Positions 36,601-47,176 of a stretch of DNA of 52,769 nt are shown here, one piece after another. Source of the DNA: Candidatus Nanopelagicales bacterium (lineage in GTDB: Bacteria; Actinomycetota; Actinomycetes; JAHEKZ01); assembly GCA_038316135.1 (NCBI GenBank), contig JBBQAL010000004.1, positions 1-52,769 on the forward strand, written 5' to 3'. The notes below the pieces were generated by a model that saw only the letters and a program-made list of their open reading frames with translations, ran no database searches and was not told the DNA's origin. How positions within the stretch are numbered: the stretch's first letter is position 1; every line of letters starts with the position of its first letter. The translations under genes were made by a program, and so were the position numbers.

Positions 36601-37185
36601 TTGGGCGGTGAGCAGAGCGGTCATATTGAAGGAGTCGGGTTCGACCTTTACCTGCGGCTCGTCGGCGAGGCGGTAGCCGTGCTGAAAGGAGACGTCGACG
36701 GCGAAGCGCCCGAGGCCCAGGAGACTCGGGTCGAGCTCCCCGTCGATGCCCATATCCCGCACGCGTGGGTTCCGTCCGAGCGCGTCCGCCTACAGGCCTA
36801 CCAGCGGATCGCTGACGCACACGACCAGGCGGCGCTGGTGGAAGTGCGGGCCGAGCTGGTCGATCGCTTCGGGCTCCTGCCGGCACCGGTAGAGCGCCTC
36901 TTCGACGTGGCCCAACTGCGGGCGCTGGTGCGCGGGGCCGGGCTTTCTGAGGTCGTAGCGCAGGGGGCGAAGATCAGATTCTTCCCGGTTGAGCTGCCCG
37001 AGTCGGCAAGCCTGCGCCTCTCCCGCCTTTACCCGGGCACCATCATCAAGCCCGCAGTCCGTACCATCCTGGTGCCAAGACCTTCCACAGCGCGGGTGGG
37101 TGGCGAGCCCATGCGGGACGCCGCACTGCTGCAGTGGGCCACCGAACTGATCGGGGTCGTGTTGGAAGGTGCGAAGGCAGCGTGA
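33661..37185 (+). CDS. mfd: Transcription-repair coupling factor
   Basis: FPSWETLPHERLSP, GEFAVRGGILDIFP, VHEQHGVGRY, CGDVGYGKTE, DEEQRFGV, SATPIPRTL, QLRGRVGR, TRCF C-terminus. Confidence 0.98.
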   Translation: MSLAGLMSLVAADPSIAEALQEGGAGTLVVPPAATAPTIAALASGVVGRPRPVLAVTATTREADDMVAALGSMLDPATVADFPSWETLPHERLSPRSDTVGRRIAVLRRLAHPDSDDPGAGPLSVLVAPVRALLQPFAVGLGDIEPVRLQVDDEIDVAATVAQLVEGGYVRADIVERRGEFAVRGGILDIFPAVEEHPLRVELWADTVEEIRWFKAADQRSLEIAPHGVWAPPTRELPLTAEVRARAAALLPMHPGLADVLTQLAEGIAVEGMESLSPVLTDGMQLLVDVVPAQTAVVVVDPERVRARSIELHRTSEEFLAASWANAAAGNVTPIDLGAASYRELNDLEDAAQQRSLRWLGVGPFGSLDEDAVPSSLRPSEEYHGDTARAVGAIAAAAKDAWRVILVTAGHGPAERFAERLREEDVAADVVPEIDVTRSPSVVQLTTGVMDHGVVSEQLKLLVLTETDLVGQRSSTKDMRRMPSRRRAVVDPLQLSLGDFIVHEQHGVGRYVEMTSREVQGATREYLVIEYAPARRGQPADRLFVPTDQLDLVTRYVGGEAPSLHRLGGAEWAKTKGRARKAVKEIAAELVRLYSARQAAPGHAFGPDTPWQRELEDAFPYVETPDQMACIDEVKNDMEQPVPMDRLVCGDVGYGKTEIAVRAAFKAVQDGKQVAVLVPTTLLVQQHTNTFAERFGAFPVTVRALSRFQSDKEAKAVLDGLADGSVDVVIGTHRLLQATARFKDLGLVIVDEEQRFGVEHKEHLKALRTHVDVLTLSATPIPRTLEMALGGIREMSTILTPPEERHPVLTFVGAYDEKQIGAAVRRELLREGQVFYIHNRVESIERAAARIRDLVPEARVEVAHGQMGEDALEQIIVDFWEKRFDVLVCTTIVESGLDISNANTLIVERGDMLGLAQLHQLRGRVGRGRDRGYSYFLYPQEKPLTESAHDRLATIAQHTDLGSGMAVAMKDLEIRGAGNVLGGEQSGHIEGVGFDLYLRLVGEAVAVLKGDVDGEAPEAQETRVELPVDAHIPHAWVPSERVRLQAYQRIADAHDQAALVEVRAELVDRFGLLPAPVERLFDVAQLRALVRGAGLSEVVAQGAKIRFFPVELPESASLRLSRLYPGTIIKPAVRTILVPRPSTARVGGEPMRDAALLQWATELIGVVLEGAKAA

Positions 37186-37862
37186 CCCGTGTGCGTGTTC
37201 CGACGAACAGAACGGTGAGGCCCATGCTTGGTGGTAGGCGGCTCCGAAACGCGTTGGCCGTGTTGGCCATCAGCGTGTTTGCTCTCTCTGGTTGTGCAAC
37301 ACAGAAAGCGGGCTCTGCTGCTGTGGCCGGGGACGAGCGCCTCACCGAAGCCCAGTTGACCACCCTCTACGACGAGCTCGACAGTCTCTACAACGTGAAC
37401 CCAGACGCGCAGCGACTCCCCAACGACCAGCTCACGCTCAGTGTTCTTTCTTGGTGGGTCAACGAGCAGTTGATCGGAACGATCGCCAAAGAGGAGGGGC
37501 TCACTGCGACGCAGGCACAGATCGACCAGGTTCTCGGTGCCGACCAAAAGCAGCGCGATGCCATCTCACTGGGAAATGGGATCCCCCCTTCCCGTCTGGA
37601 GGCGGCTGCCGAGGTGTTCGTGCTCAGCTCAGCGATCTCCGACTCGCTGGCTGAGCCTGGCGCCACCAAAGCGGAGACCGATGCGGTCTTGCTGGCGCGG
37701 CTTCAAGAGACCGCCGACCAGCTCGGAGTCTCGATCAGTCCGCGATTCGGCACCTGGAACTCCAAGACGGTGTCCGTCGAGCCCCGCAACCCAGAACGCC
37801 TCTCGAGTCCAGCCGGTGGAGTGACAGAGCCGCCAGCGCTCGACGTCCCCGGTCAGGGGTAG
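37182..37862 (+). CDS. Lipoprotein with a SurA-N-terminal-like fold
   Basis: Lipobox FALSG-C; conserved actinobacterial position between mfd and mazG; VSISPRFGTW C-terminal motif. Confidence 0.65.
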   Translation: MTRVRVPTNRTVRPMLGGRRLRNALAVLAISVFALSGCATQKAGSAAVAGDERLTEAQLTTLYDELDSLYNVNPDAQRLPNDQLTLSVLSWWVNEQLIGTIAKEEGLTATQAQIDQVLGADQKQRDAISLGNGIPPSRLEAAAEVFVLSSAISDSLAEPGATKAETDAVLLARLQETADQLGVSISPRFGTWNSKTVSVEPRNPERLSSPAGGVTEPPALDVPGQG

Positions 37863-37865
37863 GCC

Positions 37866-38870
37866 GTGCCGGGCCGGCTCTCACTGCTGGTCACGACCCA
37901 TCGGGTTGCCCCAGGTTTGCTCACACGGTCGGCGTGGCAGGTACTCGACGACGCATCGTTGCGGTTCTCCCGCCCTGAGCATCCCCTGCTTCCGACACTG
38001 GCCGATGCCGGTTTGGCAGTGACGATCGAGAACCCTGATCCGCCGGCCGCATTGGCCCGCATGCTGCTTGACGCCGCCGATCGAAATTGGGTGGTGTGGC
38101 TCGTCGGGGACGGCGGTGATCCTGCCCTGACCGAAGCGTTGGCCCCTGCGTTGGCCTCCCGGGCCGAGGGGGGTGCCGAGGTCGAGCTCGAGGTTGTCCA
38201 TGGTTCCTACGACTTGCCGGGTGCCCGCCTGCTAGACGTCGTCGCCGTGATGGACCAGCTCCGCTCACCGGGCGGTTGCCCCTGGGATGCCGAGCAGACT
38301 CATGCCTCTCTCGCCACCTACCTTGTCGAGGAGACCTTTGAGGCGCTCGCCGCCATAGACGGCCAGGACCCCGACGCGTTGCGCGAAGAGCTCGGGGATG
38401 TTCTGCTTCAGGTGGCGTTCCACTCCCGTATTGCCGAGGAGTCGGAGGAGCGAGCCTGGTCGATCGATGACGTGGCATCGGGGCTGGTCGACAAGCTGGT
38501 TCGCCGCCACCCTCATGTGTTCGCAGACGGCGAAGCCGCAACCGCATCCGACGTCGAGAAGAACTGGGAGCAGTTGAAGGCGCAAGAGCGCCCAGGCTCC
38601 TCGGTCGTCGACGGTGTGCCCTTGGCGCTCCCAGCGCTGGCGCTCAGCGAGAAGCTGCTGAGCCGCAGCATCAAGGCCGGACTCGATCTCGAGGTCGAGG
38701 AGCCTGAGTTGCCCGAGGATCTCGACGAAGCTCTGCTGGGCGCGTTGTTGTTCGGCGTGGTGAGCGCCGGCCGACGAAGGGGGCTCGACTCCGAAACGGC
38801 ATTGCGGCGCTTCGCCCACGACTTCGCAGAGCAGGCGCGCCGTGCCGGCCTGGCTGCTGCCGACGGGTAG
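37866..38870 (+). CDS. mazG: MazG family nucleoside triphosphate pyrophosphohydrolase
   Basis: LRSPGGCPWDAEQTH, EETFE, EELGDVLLQVAFHS, KLVRRHPHVF. Confidence 0.93.
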   Translation: MPGRLSLLVTTHRVAPGLLTRSAWQVLDDASLRFSRPEHPLLPTLADAGLAVTIENPDPPAALARMLLDAADRNWVVWLVGDGGDPALTEALAPALASRAEGGAEVELEVVHGSYDLPGARLLDVVAVMDQLRSPGGCPWDAEQTHASLATYLVEETFEALAAIDGQDPDALREELGDVLLQVAFHSRIAEESEERAWSIDDVASGLVDKLVRRHPHVFADGEAATASDVEKNWEQLKAQERPGSSVVDGVPLALPALALSEKLLSRSIKAGLDLEVEEPELPEDLDEALLGALLFGVVSAGRRRGLDSETALRRFAHDFAEQARRAGLAAADG

Positions 38871-40190
<1,320 letters not shown>

Positions 40191-40192
40191 CA

Positions 40193-40633
40193 ATGGCGAC
40201 CACCGACAACGGCAATCGGTCGCGAGACCACCTCCAGGTGGTCGATGATCGTCCGCTGTGGGCCCGGCTCACCGGTCGGGCCGTCGTCTTGATCCTGGTG
40301 GCCGCAGCCCTGGTCATGTCCTTGGCGTTCCCGGTCCGTGAGTACCTGGCCCAGCGCGCCGCAATCTCAGCAGCGCAGGAGCAGGCCGCGACGCTCGAAA
40401 CGCGCGTCGACAGTCTTCGGGATCAAGTAGGTCGGTGGCGCGACGATGCCTTCGTCGAGCAGCAGGCACGCGAACGGCTGCACTATGTGATGCCCGGTGA
40501 GACCGGGCTTGTGCTGCTCTCGCCGGGAGATGTGGAGCAGGCGCGAAAACCTGAGATCCGTAATCCCGTCGAGCCTGAGGTTGCCTGGTTCGACACGCTT
40601 TGGGGTTCGGTGAAAGAGGCGGACAACCGGTGA
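40193..40633 (+). CDS. divIC: Septum formation initiator (FtsB/DivIC family)
   Basis: TM helix, coiled coil and QARERLHYVMPGE; directly after eno. Confidence 0.88.
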   Translation: MATTDNGNRSRDHLQVVDDRPLWARLTGRAVVLILVAAALVMSLAFPVREYLAQRAAISAAQEQAATLETRVDSLRDQVGRWRDDAFVEQQARERLHYVMPGETGLVLLSPGDVEQARKPEIRNPVEPEVAWFDTLWGSVKEADNR

Positions 40634-41154
40634 GCGTTGCTGATCGTCCGGCTGTGGCTGAGTCTGACCTCGGTGCCGTGCAGCGCCAGCTTGGGCGCGA
40701 GGCGCGAGGCATGGTCGCGGTCGCGCACCGATGCTCATGCGGCGAGCCCGATGTCGTCACCACGGCCCCGCGGTTGCCAGATGGGACGCCGTTTCCGACG
40801 ACGTACTACCTCACCTGCCCGCGCATGACCGGCGCCGTCAGCACACTCGAGGCCGAGGGTCGAATGCGGCAGATGCAGCAGCGCCTCGTCGTCGATTCTG
40901 ACTTGCGCTCCACCTACCAGAATGCACATCGGGGCTACCTGGCTGACCGCTCCGAACTCGGCGACGTTCGGGAGATCTCGGGGATCTCGGCCGGGGGCAT
41001 GCCAGACCGCGTCAAGTGCCTGCATGTGCTCGTCGGCCAAGCGTTGGCGTCCGGGCCGGGCGTCAATCCCTTCGGTGACGAGGCTCTGATTGAGATCGCC
41101 GAGCGCGGCTTGGCGCGGGGGCGTTCTTGCGCCGAGCGGAGTGCCGACCTGTGA
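40630..41154 (+). CDS. DUF501 domain protein
   Basis: PRLPDGTPFPTTYYLTCP and GGMPDRVKCLHVL. Confidence 0.9.
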   Translation: MSVADRPAVAESDLGAVQRQLGREARGMVAVAHRCSCGEPDVVTTAPRLPDGTPFPTTYYLTCPRMTGAVSTLEAEGRMRQMQQRLVVDSDLRSTYQNAHRGYLADRSELGDVREISGISAGGMPDRVKCLHVLVGQALASGPGVNPFGDEALIEIAERGLARGRSCAERSADL

Positions 41155-42092
41155 CCTCGCGGCGGGTCGCTGCCATTGACTGCGGTACCAACTCGGTGCG
41201 ATTGCTGATCGCCGAGGTCGACCCCAGTTCTGGACTCTTGATCGATGTCGCCCGCGAGATGCGCATAGTCCGGCTTGGTGAAGGTGTGGATGCCACTGGT
41301 CGACTGAACGCTGCGGCTCTTGAGCGCGCTTTCGGCGCCGTTGACGAGTACGCACGACTCATCGAACGAGCAGGTGTCGATGCTGTCCGCTTCGTCGCAA
41401 CGTCGGCGACGCGGGATGCTGAGAACCGTGACGACTTCGTCTCCGGGATCCGCGGCAGGCTCGGAGTCGAGCCAGAAGTGATCTCCGGTGATGAGGAGGC
41501 CGCACTTTCGTTCACCGGGGCCACGAGCAACCTTGAGATCGCCGGTGCGGCAACTCCGTGTCTGGTTGTCGATATCGGGGGTGGGTCGACCGAGTTCGTG
41601 ATGGGAGAACCTGGGCGTGCCCCTGCGTTATCGGCCTCGGTCGACATCGGGTGTGTGCGCATGACCGAGCGCCACTTCGTCAACGACCCCCCGTGGCCGG
41701 CGGAGGTCAGTGCTGCGCGAGATGACATCGACGCTGCGATTGCCGAGGTGGCCATGACTCTGCCCCTGCGTCGCGCCGGCTCCATGGTCGGGCTGGCGGG
41801 GTCGGTGACCACGGTTGCGGCGCTCGCGATGGGCATGTGGGAGTACGACGTGTCTCGCATCCACGGCGCTGTCATCTCGGCAGCAGACACCCATCGGGTC
41901 TGCGAAGAGCTGCTCTACTCCAATCACGAGAAGCGGTCGGCCAACCCCGCGGTGCATCCGGGTCGGGTCGATGTCATCGCTGCAGGGTCACTGGTGCTGT
42001 CCGCGATCGTGGCTTACACCGGCCTTGCGGAGATTCTGGTCAGCGAGCACGACATCCTCGATGGCATTGCGGCGTCGCTCACCACGGAGTAG
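41151..42092 (+). CDS. ppx: Ppx/GppA family exopolyphosphatase
   Basis: AAIDCGTNSVRL, ATSATRDAENR, SGDEEA, DIGGGSTE, SEHDILDG. Confidence 0.95.
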   Translation: MTSRRVAAIDCGTNSVRLLIAEVDPSSGLLIDVAREMRIVRLGEGVDATGRLNAAALERAFGAVDEYARLIERAGVDAVRFVATSATRDAENRDDFVSGIRGRLGVEPEVISGDEEAALSFTGATSNLEIAGAATPCLVVDIGGGSTEFVMGEPGRAPALSASVDIGCVRMTERHFVNDPPWPAEVSAARDDIDAAIAEVAMTLPLRRAGSMVGLAGSVTTVAALAMGMWEYDVSRIHGAVISAADTHRVCEELLYSNHEKRSANPAVHPGRVDVIAAGSLVLSAIVAYTGLAEILVSEHDILDGIAASLTTE

Positions 42093-42151
42093 CCGCGAGC
42101 CTGACTTGTGAGACAGGATGTGCGCGGGGTTACATGACAGGCGGAGGTCCA

Positions 42152-42841
42152 ATGGCTGAGCAAGTGACGTTTGCAAGCAACGGCGGGTCGTGTAGCGGGC
42201 TCTTCGCCGTGCCGGCGTCCGGCCGTGGTCCTGGTGTCGTCGTCATCCAGGAGTGGTGGGGTTTGGTTCCCCATGTAGAGAGCCTGGTCGACCGGTTTGC
42301 TGAGGCGGGCTTTGTCGCGCTCGCCCCTGATCTCTACCACGGTGCCAAGACTGACGAGCCGAATGAAGCCACGCGAATGATGATGGCGCTTGCCATGGAT
42401 CCGGCAGCGCGAGACATCGCAGGTGCCGCGCGATTCCTCTTCGAGAGCGACCCGACGAGTGGCAACGGCATCGGCGCCGTCGGCTTCTGTATGGGCGGGT
42501 CTTTGGCTTTGTGGTCGGCGACGCTCGCGCCGCAACTGACGACGGCGGTCGGCTTCTACCCGGCGCTGCCATGGGACCGAATGAGCCCCGAGTGGCCCAA
42601 CTACGAAGGCAAGGCCGCGATGATCCACTGCTCTGAGCAGGACGGCACGTCGGCGGCCGCAGGAATCCAGGAGGCGAAGACGGCGATCGAGAATGCTGGC
42701 GGCAACATCGAGCTCTTCGACTACCCGGGCACGCAGCATGCCTTCTTCAATGATGAGCGCCCCGAGGTCTACGACGCAGCGGCGTCTGCCTCGGCGTGGG
42801 ACCGCACCGTCCAGTTCTTGCACGACCGGCTCTCCGCTTGA
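42152..42841 (+). CDS. Dienelactone hydrolase family protein
   Basis: [13 protein letters not shown], nucleophile GFCMGG, HAFFN. RBS GGAGG before ATG 42152. Confidence 0.9.
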   Translation: MAEQVTFASNGGSCSGLFAVPASGRGPGVVVIQEWWGLVPHVESLVDRFAEAGFVALAPDLYHGAKTDEPNEATRMMMALAMDPAARDIAGAARFLFESDPTSGNGIGAVGFCMGGSLALWSATLAPQLTTAVGFYPALPWDRMSPEWPNYEGKAAMIHCSEQDGTSAAAGIQEAKTAIENAGGNIELFDYPGTQHAFFNDERPEVYDAAASASAWDRTVQFLHDRLSA

Positions 42842-42858
42842 GCCCAGGAGCTGAAGCA

Positions 42859-43584
42859 GTGAGCGGCACACCAGGCGTCGCCGTCGCTGCAGCAGCTGCG
42901 ACGAGTCTGGTCGAGCTCGACGACTCCGTCGGTAATTGCCGGGCCTGCCCGCGACTGGTCGAATGGCGCGAACGCGTCGCCGTCGAGAAGCGACGCTCTT
43001 TCGTCGCCGACGACTACTGGGGGCGTGCAGTGCCAGGGTTCGGCGACCCAGATGCGACGATCGTGGTGGTCGGGTTGGCGCCGGCGGCGCACGGCGCGAA
43101 CCGGACCGGACGGATGTTTACCGGTGACCGCAGCGGGGACTGGCTCTATGCCGCACTGAACCGAGCTGGTCTCGCGAGTCAGCCGACATCGGTTGCCGTT
43201 GGCGATGGGCTGCGACTCATCGGCGTCCGTATCACCGCTGCCGTGCGATGCGCCCCGCCCGCCAACCAGCCGACCCCGGAGGAGCGGGACACGTGCGCGC
43301 CATGGTTGGACGCCGAACTGCGGCTGCTGCCCGACGCCCGAGTCGTGGTGGCCCTGGGCGGGTTTGCGTGGACAGCTGCTCTGGCGGCATTGGGCAGGGC
43401 CGGCGCCGTGCAACCGAGGCCGCGTCCTCGGTTTGGTCACGGAGCTGAGGTCGAGATCGGAAGATGGACCCTGTTGGGTTCGTTCCACCCGAGTCAACAG
43501 AACACCTTTACCGGGCGGCTGACCGAACCAATGATCGACGACGTGTTCACCCGAGCCAGCACTCTGGTTGGCCTCAGCGCATAA
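42859..43584 (+). CDS. udgB: Uracil-DNA glycosylase family 5 (Fe-S)
   Basis: [44 protein letters not shown]. Confidence 0.9.
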   Translation: MSGTPGVAVAAAAATSLVELDDSVGNCRACPRLVEWRERVAVEKRRSFVADDYWGRAVPGFGDPDATIVVVGLAPAAHGANRTGRMFTGDRSGDWLYAALNRAGLASQPTSVAVGDGLRLIGVRITAAVRCAPPANQPTPEERDTCAPWLDAELRLLPDARVVVALGGFAWTAALAALGRAGAVQPRPRPRFGHGAEVEIGRWTLLGSFHPSQQNTFTGRLTEPMIDDVFTRASTLVGLSA

Positions 43585-43648
43585 CTCGACGTCAAGATTT
43601 TGCCTCCTCGTCCATCTTTGGAGTTGCGTTGGTTCCTACATTGGTTCA

Positions 43649-45001
43649 ATGAGCGCAGCACCAGCCGCCAAGGCCCACCGCCCCCGCATCTTGATCGTCG
43701 GGGGAGGGTACGTGGGGCTTTACACCGCCATGCGACTGCTCAAGAAGCTGCGCAAGGACGAAGCGGTCGTGACGGTCGTCAACCCGCGGTCATACATGAC
43801 GTACCAGCCCTTCTTGCCGGAGGCCGCCGCCGGGGCGGTCTCACCTCGACACGTCGTGGTCCCGCTGCGTCGGGTGCTGCGCGGGGCAGAGATCATCGCG
43901 GCCAAGGTCACCGAGATCAACCATGCCAACCAGACGGCGACCGTGCAGCCGCTAGAAGGCGAGGCGTACCCGCTCGAGTATGACCATTTGGTGATGGCCG
44001 TTGGCTCGGTGTCGCGCACCCTGCCCATCCCTGGCCTGGCCGAATGGGCCACCGGCTTCAAGACTGTCGAGGAAGCGATTCAGCTGCGTAACCGCGTCCT
44101 GGAGTGCCTCGACATTGCCGAGTCGACGCACTCGCCCGAGATCCGCGAACGCAACCTCAACTTTGTCGTGGTCGGCGGTGGGTACGCCGGGGTCGAGGCA
44201 CTAGCCGAGCTGGAGGACATGGCTCGTTACGCCACGAGGTATTACCCCGGCATCGACGAGGATGATGTGAAGTTCCACCTCGTCGAGGCTACCGGGCAAG
44301 TCCTTCCCGAGGTCGGTCCCGAGATGGGAGTCTGGACGCTCGAGCAACTGCGCAAGCGGGGGATCGACGTCAAGCTCGAGACGCGGCTCGAATCCTGTGT
44401 CGGTGGACACGTCGTGCTGTCCGACGGCACGGCCTTTGATGCCGAGACTGTGGTCTGGACCGCTGGAGTTATGCCGAGCCCGGTCTTGCGGAACACCGAC
44501 CTCCCGCTCAACGAGCGTGGACGACTGCTCGCCGATGCGAAGCTTCAGGTTGTCGGCACCACTAATGCCTGGGGTGCTGGCGACGGAACGGCCGTTCCAG
44601 ACCTCACCACCGATGACAACCGTGAGTGTGCCCCGAACGCGCAGCATGCGGTCCGCCAGTCGAAGGTGTTGGCCGACAACGTGATTGCGACGCTTCGCGG
44701 ATCCGCCTTGCACGAGTACAAGCACAAGTACGTGGGCTCCGTTGCCGGCCTTGGTCTCTACAAGGGTGTCGCCAACGTCTACGGGATCAAGGTCAAGGGC
44801 GTGCCGGCCTGGTTCTTGCACCGGACCTACCACATGAGCAGGGTGCCGACTCTCAACCGCAAGATCCGAGTGATCGTCGAGTGGACGATGGCGCTCTTCT
44901 TCAAGCGCGAGATCGTGTCGCTCTGGTCCATGCACGAGCCGTTCACCGAGTTCCAGGCTGCCGCCGCCCCACCGGCTCGCCGCATCCCGCCGGCCGCCTG
45001 A
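43649..45001 (+). CDS. ndh: Type II NADH dehydrogenase-like FAD/NAD(P) oxidoreductase
   Basis: GGGYVG and GGGYAGVE Rossmann motifs, YQPFLPE, YDHLVMAVG, WTAGV. TACATT lies 6 nt before ATG 43649. Confidence 0.85.
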   Translation: MSAAPAAKAHRPRILIVGGGYVGLYTAMRLLKKLRKDEAVVTVVNPRSYMTYQPFLPEAAAGAVSPRHVVVPLRRVLRGAEIIAAKVTEINHANQTATVQPLEGEAYPLEYDHLVMAVGSVSRTLPIPGLAEWATGFKTVEEAIQLRNRVLECLDIAESTHSPEIRERNLNFVVVGGGYAGVEALAELEDMARYATRYYPGIDEDDVKFHLVEATGQVLPEVGPEMGVWTLEQLRKRGIDVKLETRLESCVGGHVVLSDGTAFDAETVVWTAGVMPSPVLRNTDLPLNERGRLLADAKLQVVGTTNAWGAGDGTAVPDLTTDDNRECAPNAQHAVRQSKVLADNVIATLRGSALHEYKHKYVGSVAGLGLYKGVANVYGIKVKGVPAWFLHRTYHMSRVPTLNRKIRVIVEWTMALFFKREIVSLWSMHEPFTEFQAAAAPPARRIPPAA

Positions 45002-45012
45002 CCCGTCGCCGC

Positions 45013-45042
45013 CTGAGTCCGTGGGCTGGGCATCGGACGCAC
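45013..45042 (+). terminator. Imperfect hairpin after ndh (one copy of a small REP-like element)
   Basis: TGAGTCCG...CGGACGCA stem with one mismatch, no U tract. Confidence 0.4.
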
Positions 45043-45056
45043 TAATCTGATGGTTG

Positions 45057-45138
45057 GCCCGGATGGCGTAACTGGCAGCCGCTGACCACTTAAAATGGTT
45101 TGCCGAAAGGCGTGTGGGTTCGAGTCCCACTCCGGGCA
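45057..45138 (+). tRNA. trnL: tRNA-Leu (anticodon TAA)
   Basis: Acceptor GCCCGGA/TCCGGGC, anticodon arm GACCA-CT-TAA-AA-TGGTT, long variable arm TGCCGAAAGGCG, T arm GTGGG-TTCGAGT-CCCAC, discriminator A. TAATCT -10 upstream. Confidence 0.95.
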
Positions 45139-45591
45139 CTTCGCGACGCGGGTAGCTGGGCATTTCGGATCCTGGCGGGGTCTGATGGTGACTGGACGAC
45201 TATGGAGCCGGGGGCGGCCTTCAGGTGGAAGCTCGGGCAAGGCGTTGGCGAACCGATGACTGCGACCGAGACTCCGATGCCTGCTCAAACGCACCCAGCG
45301 CATCGGACTCAGGTTCAGAAACGTCCGCAACCAACGGGGTCGCGCGCTGATCTAGGCGAGCAACCTTAACTGGTGGATCCTAGGCTCCATCGTCGTCCGA
45401 TGAGCCCGATTAGCCCCACACCCCGCCACAATCCGAAGCGGCGGGTAAGTGCCGGTTTGCATCCCATTGACGGCCAGATCGAGTCTCGTGGCTGGACACA
45501 CACCCGAAATGAGTTACCGTTGTTCTACCGGCCACCCGCCGGGGAACCTGTTCGACGACGACTCGCCTCACGAAAGGGCCGATCAGTCCGG

Positions 45592-46437
45592 ATGGAAACG
45601 CGCAACCCCGTTATCGCTCGTATGGAGAAGGAAGCCAAAGCCAACGGCGGCTACGCCGGAATCGGAACGGCGACCGCCACCAAGACCGCACCAGCTGGCT
45701 ACGACGTCCCACCGGCGATGCCGGTCGAGATGACCCCAGCCGCCACCCCCATGACGGTCAACGACGTCGTGGTGCGTACGGCCACCCTGTTCGTCCCGCT
45801 GCTGATCACCGCCTACTTCGCCTGGACGCTGCAGGTCGGCACCGGGATTGTTCTGATCGCCATGCTGGTCGGGCTCGGGCTCGGGTTCTGGGGAGCCTTG
45901 TCGGCGAAGGTACGCCCGGTCGTCTTCCTCGCCTACGCCACGGTCGAAGGCGTTGTTGTCGGTGGGTTTAGCTTCTGGATGCAGGAGTACGTCAACCAAA
46001 GCAACTTTGCTGCTGGCAACCCCGATCCGCCCAACATCGTCCTGCAGGCCGTCATCGGGACGTTGGCTGCCTTCGTCGCGATGCTCTTCCTCTACGGCAC
46101 TCGCATCATCAAGGTCACCGGCCGCTTCAAGAAGATGATGGCTGTTGCGTTCCTGGCCTACTTCGGGATCGCGATCATCAACGTGGTCGCTGCGCTCTTC
46201 GGTGTCGGTGGCGGATGGGGGCTTGCCGGCGCTGGACCTCTTGGGCTGCTCTTCTGCGTCGCCGGTGTTGGGCTCGCTGCGTTCTCGCTGGTACTCGACT
46301 TCGACGCGATCGAGCAAGGCATCAAGCTCGGCGTTCCGGAGAAGGAGTCGTGGCGTGCGGCGTTCGGTCTCACCGTGACCCTTGTGTGGCTCTACTTGGA
46401 GATCTTGCGCCTGCTGGCGATCCTCAACCGCAGCTAA
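45592..46437 (+). CDS. Bax inhibitor-1/YccA family membrane protein
   Basis: METRNPV, MTVNDVV, IVLQAVIGT, LVLDFDAIE and AFGLTVTLVWLYLEILRLL. Confidence 0.9.
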   Translation: METRNPVIARMEKEAKANGGYAGIGTATATKTAPAGYDVPPAMPVEMTPAATPMTVNDVVVRTATLFVPLLITAYFAWTLQVGTGIVLIAMLVGLGLGFWGALSAKVRPVVFLAYATVEGVVVGGFSFWMQEYVNQSNFAAGNPDPPNIVLQAVIGTLAAFVAMLFLYGTRIIKVTGRFKKMMAVAFLAYFGIAIINVVAALFGVGGGWGLAGAGPLGLLFCVAGVGLAAFSLVLDFDAIEQGIKLGVPEKESWRAAFGLTVTLVWLYLEILRLLAILNRS

Positions 46438-46465
46438 TCGCTCGCTGGATACTGCAAGCCTCAGC

Positions 46466-46506
46466 GAAGGGGCCGCCGGACCGTTCACACGGTCGGCGGC
46501 CCCTTC
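46466..46506. terminator. Strong GC hairpin, likely a bidirectional terminator
   Basis: GAAGGGGCCGCC-gGACCG-ttcaca-CGGTC-GGCGGCCCCTTC, between convergent genes. Confidence 0.8.
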
Positions 46507-46521
46507 GGCTGTGGCCGGGCG

Positions 46522-46755
46522 CTACTTCACCCGCCGGGCGGCTCGAACCTTGTCGTACTCGTGAACGACGGCGGTGGCGTAGCTGTGCGGTATCTCGTGT
46601 TCGTCTTGCAACCAATGGACTCGTTCTTCGAAGCGGGTCAGCGCTGGGCCGTCCTGCACCACCTGGAACCACTCGTCGATCGGCTTTCCCGTTGCCTGAG
46701 GCAGCCGGGCGACCAGATTCGCGTGGGTCTCTTCGGAGTGGTGCAGAGATGACAT
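46522..46755 (-). CDS. DUF4287 domain protein
   Basis: NLVARLP..TGKPIDEW...WLQDEHEIPHSYATAVVHE. Confidence 0.75.
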   Translation of the reverse strand: MSSLHHSEETHANLVARLPQATGKPIDEWFQVVQDGPALTRFEERVHWLQDEHEIPHSYATAVVHEYDKVRAARRVK

Positions 46756-46849
46756 GGCAACTCCCGATGCTGGAGGAGAACGTGGCTCTACCGTGCCTCA
46801 GCGCGCCCCGGGCCGCAAGACCCCGAAGGCCCCCAGATAGCGTGCCGGC

Positions 46850-47170
46850 GTGCCCCGACTGGAGGATGACCAGAAGAGGTTGGACCGGCTCTGTGACCGA
46901 CTCCGTTCGGCCCCGGAAGGGCGTTTGGTTCGGGCCGATGAACGGCTCTCCGGCGGCTCGGTGGCCGATGCTGTTCACGAGGCTGCGGTGTGGGCCGCTG
47001 CCGCTCAGGGGATCGGCCAGCCGGTTCCGCAGTTGCACCCGCTGGCCAGCGCCGACCAGCTGAGTGTGGTGGGTGGCGACTTCCTCGGCTGGGTGGCTTC
47101 GGCCGACGGCCGGGAGGCGGCTTTGCAGGAGTGGCGTTGCTTGGTCGAGCGCTTGCGGGTAGCGGTCTGA
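46850..47170 (+). CDS. Conserved actinobacterial hypothetical protein
   Basis: DRLRSAPEGRL...ADQLSVVGGD pattern; TAGCGT 6 nt before GTG 46850; fits between divergent and convergent neighbours. Confidence 0.6.
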   Translation: MPRLEDDQKRLDRLCDRLRSAPEGRLVRADERLSGGSVADAVHEAAVWAAAAQGIGQPVPQLHPLASADQLSVVGGDFLGWVASADGREAALQEWRCLVERLRVAV

Positions 47171-47176
47171 GCTCGG

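Noticed and set aside
45100-45369. 89-aa ORF, or a 55-aa ORF from ATG 45202, downstream of tRNA-Leu
   Set aside because: The long version overlaps the tRNA; the short one has no RBS or recognisable features.
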